From positions 3,456,001-3,520,000 of the forward strand of contig CBDETY010000003.1 of assembly GCA_965243025.1 (NCBI GenBank): DNA of 64,000 bases. Reading direction: 5' to 3'. Below are positions 56,297 through 64,000 of the stretch, one piece after another. Source of the DNA: Candidatus Latescibacterota bacterium (lineage in GTDB: Bacteria; Latescibacterota; UBA2968; UBA8231). Position numbers and translations under genes: made by a program. The notes under the pieces are model-generated. The model saw only the letters and a program-made list of their open reading frames with translations. It was not told the DNA's origin and ran no database searches. Position 1 is the first letter of the stretch. The number at the start of each line of letters is the position of its first letter.

Positions 56297-56737
56297 GAGA
56301 CCTTGCTCCTTCCATCTGGCTTGAAATCCGGCAGACTACCTGAGAACTTGACGAGCCGATGTATCACTGTCAACGCTGGCCTGGTCCGACCGCTTCAGAA
56401 GGATCTTCCTGACGGCGAACATGCCCTCCCGTGGGGACCGTCGGCAGGGTTGGACGACAATGCGGGTCTTCAACGTCGTCGAAGAGAGGGACGATGCTGT
56501 TGTGGTCAGATTTCGACCTCGAGCCCACCAGTTGGAGAGTTGAGGGAATGATGGACCGTCTGTTCCGGGGGGCCATACCGAGTCCCCTGTTGGGTGTGTC
56601 TTGGCGCCGGTGTTGGAGCCTCACCCTCCTACCCGACCATGTACGGATACGAAGAGGGCTGTTTCCCGCGCAAAGCCCTCGGTGTCTGCTGCCGGAAACC
56701 CCGGATCACCCTGTCGAGCACCGTCCCACGCCTGTCT

Positions 56738-56775
56738 GAGGTTCTGCACCTATTTAGAGGTTCTGCACCTATTTA
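56738..56775. repeat. perfect 19-bp tandem duplication GAGGTTCTGCACCTATTTA x2
   Basis: Copies at 56738-56756 and 56757-56775; overlaps the stop codon of 56773..57255. Confidence 0.9.
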
Positions 56776-57255
56776 ATTGAATAGGTCTTTGACCTTCCCC
56801 CAAGTGGTGACGTCGACTTCTGTACCGATCGGTGGAGTTGGGGAGAGTCGGTGAATCGTCGCCTCGAAATCATCTCCCGAGACGGTTGTTGTTCCGCCGT
56901 TCTCCTTTACCAGAAGGAGGCTGCCGCGGTGCCCGGACCGAAACCAGTCTTCTGCCAACTCTGAAACGGACTGGTCTTGCTGCAGGAAATCATCGACGGA
57001 GAATATCTCGAAACCGAGCCGACCCAGCCCCGGAGAGCGGATATCTCCCGTATCCACTACCCCGAAAACCCGGATCTCCTCGATCTCGGCGGTCGCCCGT
57101 TCCAGATCCTGTGCCCTGCGTAACTGTTCATGTGAGTCGGGATCGAACAAGAGGAATAACTGGACGAATCCCGGATTTTGGGCTTCGGCGCCTGGGATGG
57201 CCAAGCCCAAGGCAAGGGCGACCATGACAGCTTTGTGAAAACAGGTGCGTCTCAT
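56773..57255 (-). CDS. small exported protein with C-terminal TWGKVK motif
   Basis: Signal peptide ending AEA; ends GTEVDVTTWGKVKDLFN. Confidence 0.68.
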   Translation of the reverse strand: MRRTCFHKAVMVALALGLAIPGAEAQNPGFVQLFLLFDPDSHEQLRRAQDLERATAEIEEIRVFGVVDTGDIRSPGLGRLGFEIFSVDDFLQQDQSVSELAEDWFRSGHRGSLLLVKENGGTTTVSGDDFEATIHRLSPTPPIGTEVDVTTWGKVKDLFN

Positions 57256-58337
57256 TCAGCCCTGATCGTGAACGCCGGCTCGATTTCTCCCTGACCCTCC
57301 AGGATATTGACCTGTGACAGGTGGTCGTTGAGCACCTGTCCGACCTGGATCACCCCCACTCGCCTTGGCACGGCATATCCGAGGACCGCGTCGGTTTGTG
57401 GATCGCGAAGCTCGCGCCCCAGATCCCAGACCCCGAACTTGTCCCCGTTCCGGACCCCGTCCGCGGAGCCGACGTTAATATAAGCGCGGCCGGCATCGAT
57501 ATCTATGATTTTCGGCTCGGATACACTCAGCTCGGGGGCAGGGCGAACAACCGCTTCGACTCCCATGCCCAGTTGTTGCAGGCACTCGCCCACGGACTGC
57601 CCTACCAGGGTTTTGTGGAACTCCGGCGAACCCCATTCCGCTTCCCCCAGAAAGAAATACTCCCTGTCCATGGGAACATGTGCGGCCGGGTTGACGATAC
57701 CAGTGCGCTTGCTGTCGATCTGTCCCTCACATCGATACTCACCTGCAGGCTGGCCGTCGATGGCATTGTAGAAGAAGAGCTTTATCTCCGTAATTCCCTG
57801 ATAGCTCCTGTATCCACCCAGGGGAACAGTGGCGCGAAACCTTTTCATGCTGATGTCTCCGATTTCGCCGAGGACAACGACATCGGCTTCCAGCTGTCGT
57901 CCCAGATGTACGGCCTTGCCCGACTCGATTTTCCCGAGCCGCTCTTTTTTTCCGAGCCGCACGAACCCCGAATCCGGTGGAATGATTCGATAGGCATTGT
58001 AACGTCCCAGGGTATCGGCCAGTCCGCGGGCGAGCTGCCCGTAAATGTCCCAAGGCCCCTTGTATTTCGACAGATCGCGAAACGGTAGAATCAGGAGAAC
58101 CTTCTTGAGGGCATCTATGCTGTCTTTCTCAGTGACTGAGGATTTCACCGTCTCTTCGGCGGGTGCCGGCCGCGGGGAAGCGGCCGGTTCGGCCGTCGCT
58201 GATTCGGCGGCTTCCTGGTCTTGGGAAACGGTTCCACCGATCGATGCCAGATGAGAGCATCCCGTGCCGATGGCAATCAGCAAAGCCATGCCGGCAAAAG
58301 AGAGGGAACACCGCAGTTTCTGTTTCGAAATCACCAT
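57252..58337 (-). CDS. lipoprotein with CsgG/TolB-N-like domain and FlgT C-terminal-like domain
   Basis: Lipobox GTGC; VLILPFRD, LGRQLEADVVVLGEI, AYINVGSADGVRNGDKF. Confidence 0.68.
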   Translation of the reverse strand: MVISKQKLRCSLSFAGMALLIAIGTGCSHLASIGGTVSQDQEAAESATAEPAASPRPAPAEETVKSSVTEKDSIDALKKVLLILPFRDLSKYKGPWDIYGQLARGLADTLGRYNAYRIIPPDSGFVRLGKKERLGKIESGKAVHLGRQLEADVVVLGEIGDISMKRFRATVPLGGYRSYQGITEIKLFFYNAIDGQPAGEYRCEGQIDSKRTGIVNPAAHVPMDREYFFLGEAEWGSPEFHKTLVGQSVGECLQQLGMGVEAVVRPAPELSVSEPKIIDIDAGRAYINVGSADGVRNGDKFGVWDLGRELRDPQTDAVLGYAVPRRVGVIQVGQVLNDHLSQVNILEGQGEIEPAFTIRAE

Positions 58338-58371
58338 GAGATCCTCATTCCACCTGAGACATCTGGCCGTC

Positions 58372-59649
58372 TCAGCGACTCGGACTCAATCGCGGCAGCA
58401 CGTAGGGTCCTTTCGGGACTACGGCTACACGAGGCTTGCTGCCAGATTCGCGAAGAGCTCCGTCTATCCCCGCCTCCACCGATGGAACTACCTCGACCAT
58501 CGGAAAAGAGGCCTCGAAATCGCGGGCGATCTTTCGAGAATACAGTTTCACGCGTGCCTTGGCGAGCACCTTGCACAACTCCTGAAGCTGCCATTGGTCC
58601 ACGACGAAGAAATCGGGTGACTCCAATTTGCAGACGAACTCCTCGACCCTGGTTGTCTGCAGCAACAATTCGCTGAATTCCGGACTTCCCAGCCCTTCGT
58701 CGCAACTCGCCGCAATTACGATGGTTCCACCCTCGCGCAGGATCGGCAGCACCGCAGTCATGCCCTTGACAGCCTGGTAAAAGGTCAGGTCGAGGGGAAA
58801 TCCGGCGCTGGTCGTGACCACGACGTCTACAGCCTCGTCGACGGTAGCCAGGGCTGCCGCTTCGACGAAGGCCACGCCCTCGGCGTGGGCATCCTCCAGA
58901 TCGCCGCAGAATATGCCGGTGATCTGGCGCTGTTCATTCATCGCCACGTTGAGAGTGAAGTCGACCCCGACAGTTCTTGCCACTTCCAGCGCCTGCTCGT
59001 GAAACGGGTTGCCTTCGATGATCCCTTCGGCGGATCCGGGGTGTCCCATCAAGTCCGGCCCGTGCAGCACCCTTACTGTGTCGACTCCCATCAACCCGGG
59101 GCAGATCGCCTTGCGCCCTCCCGAGTATCCGGCCATCAGGTGAGGTTCGATCAAAGATGTCGCGATCTTCAGATCGGCTTCCAGGTAAAGGCGGTCAACC
59201 CAGATCGGAGCTCCTGCCGAGGTTACTCCGAGGTATGCAAGGCTGCCCCGGTCCCTGGCCCGGTGGTTCTCGATGCGGTATTCCTGCGCGATCTCCGCTC
59301 CGACGAGCTCAACCAGCTCCTCCCCCTCGTTGGGGCGGTGCAGGCCGGTGGCGATAAGGATGGTAATGGCATCGCGCCGGATTCCGGCGTTTTCCAGAGT
59401 GGCCAGAACGGGTGGGAGGATCGTGGAGTTGGGAACAGGCCTGGTGATGTCGGAGATGACGACACACGCGTCCGAGCGGCCCCGGGCAAGATCGAGGAGC
59501 GGCGGCGTTCCGGAAGGCGCCCGCAGGGATTCGCAGAGCCGCTCTTCGATGCGGTCCAAACCGGGAATTGCCGCCATCGACAGGATCTGCGCGTCGTCCG
59601 GCACCTCAGCTTCGATACCGTTGCGGCCGTAGTCGAGAGCGACTTTCAC
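58372..59649 (-). CDS. larA: nickel-pincer-dependent lactate racemase LarA family protein
   Basis: ISDITRPVP, ATGLHR, IEPHLMAGYSGGRKAICPG, DLTFYQAVKG. Confidence 0.85.
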   Translation of the reverse strand: MKVALDYGRNGIEAEVPDDAQILSMAAIPGLDRIEERLCESLRAPSGTPPLLDLARGRSDACVVISDITRPVPNSTILPPVLATLENAGIRRDAITILIATGLHRPNEGEELVELVGAEIAQEYRIENHRARDRGSLAYLGVTSAGAPIWVDRLYLEADLKIATSLIEPHLMAGYSGGRKAICPGLMGVDTVRVLHGPDLMGHPGSAEGIIEGNPFHEQALEVARTVGVDFTLNVAMNEQRQITGIFCGDLEDAHAEGVAFVEAAALATVDEAVDVVVTTSAGFPLDLTFYQAVKGMTAVLPILREGGTIVIAASCDEGLGSPEFSELLLQTTRVEEFVCKLESPDFFVVDQWQLQELCKVLAKARVKLYSRKIARDFEASFPMVEVVPSVEAGIDGALRESGSKPRVAVVPKGPYVLPRLSPSR

Positions 59650-60551
59650 GATTCGGCATCTCCGGTGCGTTGCAGGATCCTGGTTCTGAGGTAGTCGGCA
59701 AACACCGGACCGTTGTGGGGATCGGCGAGGGCAAAATCGGCAAAGGCCCGGTAGTAGGTGGTCGGACTGCCGATGTCGTACCGCCTTTCGTCCGGAAGCA
59801 GGCGCACGCACTGCACGCCTTTGCCCTCGTCGATCAGTATCTGGATGGCATCAGTCAACCAGAGTTCCCCTCCATGGCCGGTTTCGATTTTCTCTATCGC
59901 CGCGAACACGCGGCGGTCGAAGATGTAGCGGGCCGCGACCGCGAGATGGCTGGGAGCGTTTTCGGGGCGAGGCTTTTCGACGATCTCGGAAATCTCGAAA
60001 CAGTCGCCGTCGCCGGTTCCCAGGCACGGCCTCACAATTCCATAGCGCTGGACCTCTTCCGCCGGCACCTCCCAGACGGCGATAGTCGCCGCCATCTCGT
60101 TGCGCAGGTGGGCGGCGATCATGCGCCCGACAACTCCCGGTTTATGGGGGGAGTGGATGATCGTATCGCCGAATCCGACCAGGAAGGGCTCATCGCCGAC
60201 AAACCTGGCGCCAAGTCGAATCGCATCGGCGTTGCCCAGAGGCCGCCGCTGCCGGACGTAGAAGAACTCCACTCCTTCCTTCTCGTAGTCGAGCTGGGCG
60301 ACCGATTCTCCTTTTTCCCGGAGCAGACTGTCGAGTTCGGGATCGTCGTCGAAATGGTCTTCTATCGACCGCTTCTTGCGGCCGGTAACGAAGAGGAGCT
60401 TGTCGACTCCTTCCTCAACAAGCTCCTCGACAACATGCTGCACCACTGGCTTGGTGCCGACCGGAAGCATCTCCTTGGGCTGCGATTTGGTTGCCGGCAG
60501 CAGCCGGGTACCCCTTCCGGCAACCGGCAAAACCGCTTTTGAAATAGTCAC
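59646..60551 (-). CDS. galU: UTP--glucose-1-phosphate uridylyltransferase
   Basis: KAVLPVAGRGTRLLPATKSQPKEMLP, IEDHFD, VEKP, GGELWLTDAI. Confidence 0.9.
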   Translation of the reverse strand: MTISKAVLPVAGRGTRLLPATKSQPKEMLPVGTKPVVQHVVEELVEEGVDKLLFVTGRKKRSIEDHFDDDPELDSLLREKGESVAQLDYEKEGVEFFYVRQRRPLGNADAIRLGARFVGDEPFLVGFGDTIIHSPHKPGVVGRMIAAHLRNEMAATIAVWEVPAEEVQRYGIVRPCLGTGDGDCFEISEIVEKPRPENAPSHLAVAARYIFDRRVFAAIEKIETGHGGELWLTDAIQILIDEGKGVQCVRLLPDERRYDIGSPTTYYRAFADFALADPHNGPVFADYLRTRILQRTGDAES

Positions 60552-60719
60552 GATAGGGCTGAGAATCCACGGCCTGGGCAGCGGTGCGGGCTGCCGCTGT
60601 AACTGACCTAACTTGCAGTAAATTATGGTATTACCATAGATGCATCAAGCGCGGATGCTTTCTGAAAGGAGACAGCGGTTTCCCTTGACCGACCTCTCGG
60701 GAGCCCTGAATTTGGCGCT

Positions 60720-61616
60720 GTGAAACCCCATGCGGCACGGCCAGTTTTCCCAGGCAAAGAAATCGAAGTTCACGGTCTGAAGCGGTTGCCGCCGAATCGC
60801 ATCCGGCACGCGCTGTTCGATTTCGACGGAACCTTGTCGCTGCTTCGCGGCGGCTGGCAGGAGGTGATGACCGCCCAGTTCGTCACGGTGCTGGGCAGCG
60901 CCGAAACAGCGGAGACCCCGCAACAGCTCGAGCGCATCTGCGGCGAATTCATCACCAGGCTTACCGGAAAACAGACGATCTACCAGATGCTGCGGCTCGA
61001 GGAGGAGATGCGAAAACGGGGTGCGGACTGCGCCCCCGCCGCAGAGTACAAACGACAATACCTCGCTCTGCTGAACCGGCATATATCCGGGCGTCTGCAG
61101 AGCGTGCGCAGCGGCCGGCGCCCACCGGAGGCGTACATGGTCCGCGGGGCAGAACGGCTGCTGAAGAGGCTCTGCCGGGCCGGGATTGTCTGCCACCTCG
61201 CCAGCGGCACCGATCAGGAGTACGTCGTAGAAGAAGCGGAGCTGCTGGGGCTGACCCCCTGTTTCGGGAACCGCATCCACGGGGCTCGGGAAGACTACCG
61301 GTCCTTCTCCAAGAAAATCGTCATCCAGGACATTCTCAGAACCCACCTGCTGGACGGATCGCAACTCGCGTCCTTCGGGGATGGCTACGTCGAGCTGGAG
61401 AATGCGCGCGCCGCCGGGGGGGTGGCCGTCGGGGTCGCAAGCCTGGAAAACGGAGAACAGGGGTGGGATCCCTGGAAAAAGGAGCGCCTGCTCGGGGTCG
61501 GCGCACAGATTCTGGTTCCAGACTGGAGCGAGGCGGACCTCATCCTCGACTACCTGGGAGTCGCCTGCCCCGAAAGCGGCTGCAACGATCCGGTCCCCGG
61601 GGTGGAGTCGAAATGA
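60720..61616 (+). CDS. HAD family hydrolase
   Basis: FDFDGTLS, LASGTD, FSK, FGDGYVE. Confidence 0.85.
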   Translation: MKPHAARPVFPGKEIEVHGLKRLPPNRIRHALFDFDGTLSLLRGGWQEVMTAQFVTVLGSAETAETPQQLERICGEFITRLTGKQTIYQMLRLEEEMRKRGADCAPAAEYKRQYLALLNRHISGRLQSVRSGRRPPEAYMVRGAERLLKRLCRAGIVCHLASGTDQEYVVEEAELLGLTPCFGNRIHGAREDYRSFSKKIVIQDILRTHLLDGSQLASFGDGYVELENARAAGGVAVGVASLENGEQGWDPWKKERLLGVGAQILVPDWSEADLILDYLGVACPESGCNDPVPGVESK

Positions 61617-62653
61617 CGGCCAACGGCCTGCGGCGACTGCTGCGTTCCTTCCGCGAACTCACCATTGCGGTAGTCGGCGATTTCTTTCTCGACTCCTACT
61701 ACGACTGCCGGCGCGACCTGGAAGAGACGTCGCTGGAGACGGGCAAGCGGTGTTACCAGGTCGTCAACACCCGCAGGCAGCCGGGTGCCGCAGGAACGGT
61801 TGCCGCCAACCTCGCCGCCCTTGAAGTGGGCGCCGTCGAGGCGGTGGGCTACTGCGGCGACGACGGCGAGGGGTACGAACTGCGGCGGGCGATGGGAAAG
61901 CTCGGCCTTGGAACCGATGGTTTCTACACCGCGGACGATCGCTTCACCCCGACCTACGCAAAGCCCTGCTTCGTCGACTCCGGGCGCGTCCTGGAGGAGC
62001 TCGAGCGCATCGACATCAAGAACCGGCGGCCCACCCCGAGGCTCCTGCAGGAGCGGATTACCGGTTTCATCAGGGACAATGTCTCGCGCTGGGACGGCGT
62101 CATCATCGTCGATCAGGCGAACGAGGCGAACTGTGGAGTCGTCACGACGCGGGTGCGCCGCTTTCTCACCCGTCTCGCCCGGGAACGCGGGGACACGGTC
62201 TTCCTGGCCGACTCCCGCGAACGGATCGGGTTGTACCGGGACGTGATCGTCAAACCGAACGAGCGCGAGGCCGCGTCCGTTCTTGCCGAATCCCGTTCGG
62301 GCAAGGCGCGGATTCCCCTTGGGGAATCGCGAAAACGGGCGGCGCGGTTGTCGCTGCGCACGAGGCGCCCGGTCTTTCTGACCCTTCAGGAAAGGGGGAT
62401 GCTGGCTGCCGCCGGCGACCGGGTCGAGCACCTGCCCGGATTTCCCCCCTGCGGACCGGTCGATCCGGTCGGCGCCGGAGATTCCACCTCGGCCGCCATC
62501 GTCGCCTCGCTGAGCGCGGGAGCCGGCCTTTCTGAGGCTGCGTTCGTAGGAAATCTCGTCGGGTCCGTGACGGTGCAGCAGATCGGTACTACCGGGACAG
62601 CCAGCCCGGCACAGATCGTCAGGCGTTTCCGGGAGGTTGGCAGTGGCGCATGA
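61613..62653 (+). CDS. PfkB family kinase (RfaE/HldE kinase-like)
   Basis: VVGDFFLD, PGAAGTVAANL, KPNEREA, DPVGAGD. Confidence 0.85.
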   Translation: MTANGLRRLLRSFRELTIAVVGDFFLDSYYDCRRDLEETSLETGKRCYQVVNTRRQPGAAGTVAANLAALEVGAVEAVGYCGDDGEGYELRRAMGKLGLGTDGFYTADDRFTPTYAKPCFVDSGRVLEELERIDIKNRRPTPRLLQERITGFIRDNVSRWDGVIIVDQANEANCGVVTTRVRRFLTRLARERGDTVFLADSRERIGLYRDVIVKPNEREAASVLAESRSGKARIPLGESRKRAARLSLRTRRPVFLTLQERGMLAAAGDRVEHLPGFPPCGPVDPVGAGDSTSAAIVASLSAGAGLSEAAFVGNLVGSVTVQQIGTTGTASPAQIVRRFREVGSGA

Positions 62654-63749
62654 ACGAGAGGACCTGACCCGGATCAAGGTCCAGCCTCTGGCTGTCCGCC
62701 GCAGCAAACAGGCATTCGAGGCCATTCGCGTAGACCCGCGGTCTCCGCCACCCCCTGCCGGAGACCTGGCCCCGAAGATTGAGACGGTCGCCGAGCGCAT
62801 TCGCGGGGCGCGCGCATCAGGAGCCTCGGTGGTGCTGGCCTTTGGCGCCCACCTCGTGAAAAATGGCCTGGGAAGGGTGGTCGAAGAGCTGATGGCGGCC
62901 GGCTGGATCACCCATCTGGCGACCAACGGTGCGGGAGTCATCCACGACTGGGAGTACGCTTTCCTGGGTCGCTCGGAAGAGGATGTGCGCTCCCACGTCG
63001 CCGAAGGGCGCTTCGGCTGCTGGGACGAGACCGGCCGCTGCACCCTCCTCGCCGTACTTACCGGGGCGCTGGCCGGTATGGGGTACGGAGAATCGATCGG
63101 CAGGTTCGTGCTGGACGGCGGCTGCGAAATCCCGCGCCGCGAGGACTTGTGGCATGCCGTCGCCGATGCCTGTGAGACTGGAAACCCCGACCTGCTGCCG
63201 GCGCAGACGGAACTGCTGCGTTCCCTCGAACGCTTCGAGTTGCCCGAGGGATTTCTCCGCGTCGAGCACCGCAACCCGGAAAATTCACTGGCCGCGGCAG
63301 CCTGTCGTCTCGGCGTGCCGCTGACGGTCCATCCCGGGATCGGCTACGACATCGTCTACACTCACCCGATGGCAAACGGTGCGGCGATGGGACGCGCGGC
63401 AGGCATCGACTTCGCGGTTTTCGTCCGCGCCGTGAGGCAACTTCGCAAGCGAGGCGTGCTGTTGTCGGCAGGTTCGGCGGTAATGGCTCCGCAGGTGTTC
63501 GAGAAAGCCGTGTCGATAGCCAACAACCTCCGTCGCCAGGAGGGGGCCGGTCCGCTGACCCCCTTCATCGCCGTCAACGACCTGGCGGAGATCGACTGGG
63601 ACTGGTCGCGCGGGGAGCCGCCGAGCGAACATCCCGCGTACTACATCCGGTTCTGCAAGAGCTTCAGCCGCATGGGCGGGGAGATGGTCTACCTGGGCGG
63701 GGACAACCGCACTGTCCTGCAGAACATCCACAGCCTTCTGGCTCAGTGA
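62643..63749 (+). CDS. protein of unknown function with deoxyhypusine-synthase-like fold motifs
   Basis: FGAHLVKNGL, HLATNGAGVIHDWE, TVHPGIGYDI, GSAVMAPQVFEKA. Confidence 0.6.
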   Translation: MAHEREDLTRIKVQPLAVRRSKQAFEAIRVDPRSPPPPAGDLAPKIETVAERIRGARASGASVVLAFGAHLVKNGLGRVVEELMAAGWITHLATNGAGVIHDWEYAFLGRSEEDVRSHVAEGRFGCWDETGRCTLLAVLTGALAGMGYGESIGRFVLDGGCEIPRREDLWHAVADACETGNPDLLPAQTELLRSLERFELPEGFLRVEHRNPENSLAAAACRLGVPLTVHPGIGYDIVYTHPMANGAAMGRAAGIDFAVFVRAVRQLRKRGVLLSAGSAVMAPQVFEKAVSIANNLRRQEGAGPLTPFIAVNDLAEIDWDWSRGEPPSEHPAYYIRFCKSFSRMGGEMVYLGGDNRTVLQNIHSLLAQ

Positions 63750-63892
63750 TTGTTTTCAGGGGTTGGATCTCGAAGAGACCGAAGGGCAGAACGGCTCACC
63801 AGGGGCTCGGTTCCCCAGCGATACCTCGCCCTTCTTGCGCCCGTCAGCGACGCCCCGGATGCACCTGGACCGGCGCTGGAAGGGGACCAGGG

Positions 63893-64000
63893 TCAGGACA
63901 GAGCCGCGGTGATGGTCCCGGCGTACCGCTCTTCCACCGCCTTGGGGACCACCTTCTTCAGACCCCGGGTCAAGGTGCCGTCCTCCTCGCTGAGAGCCGC
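63893..64000 (-). CDS. 3' end of a probable long-chain acyl-CoA synthetase (AMP-binding), truncated by the window edge
   Basis: LSEEDGTLTRGLKKVVPKAVEERY resembles the (E)LTPTLK...EERY C-terminal tail. Confidence 0.5.
   Translation of the reverse strand, partial: AALSEEDGTLTRGLKKVVPKAVEERYAGTITAALS

Overview
High-GC, gene-dense bacterial window with about 50 supportable CDS and no rRNA, tRNA, CRISPR array, integrase or transposase that I can recognise. Gene content includes five PhyH-type Fe/2OG dioxygenases, enolase-superfamily enzymes, a TRAP transporter, Kelch/NHL/TPR repeat proteins, a FlgD-Ig/CHU_C-tailed exported protein and a PorV/PorQ-like barrel. This mix suggests an FCB-related uncultured lineage such as Latescibacterota or Poribacteria-like sponge symbionts (inference only). 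The main points of interest are: (1) a minus-strand envelope operon (46052-58337) encoding a PorV/PorQ-like barrel, a 1083-aa TPR protein, ExbB/ExbD and a TonB-like-anchored DUF4159 protein; (2) three exported proteins, two of them in that operon, ending in a short shared motif [ST]WGx[IV]K, a candidate minimal sorting signal for a T9SS-like system; (3) four PhyH paralogs with HxG instead of HxD, the signature of Fe/2OG halogenases; (4) five covarying ~90-110 bp palindromic elements bracketing small accessory genes at 12.6-14.2 kb; (5) an EamA transporter that appears to need an ATC/ATT start; (6) a perfect 11x9-bp tandem repeat. All family calls come from motif recognition by eye; no searches were run.
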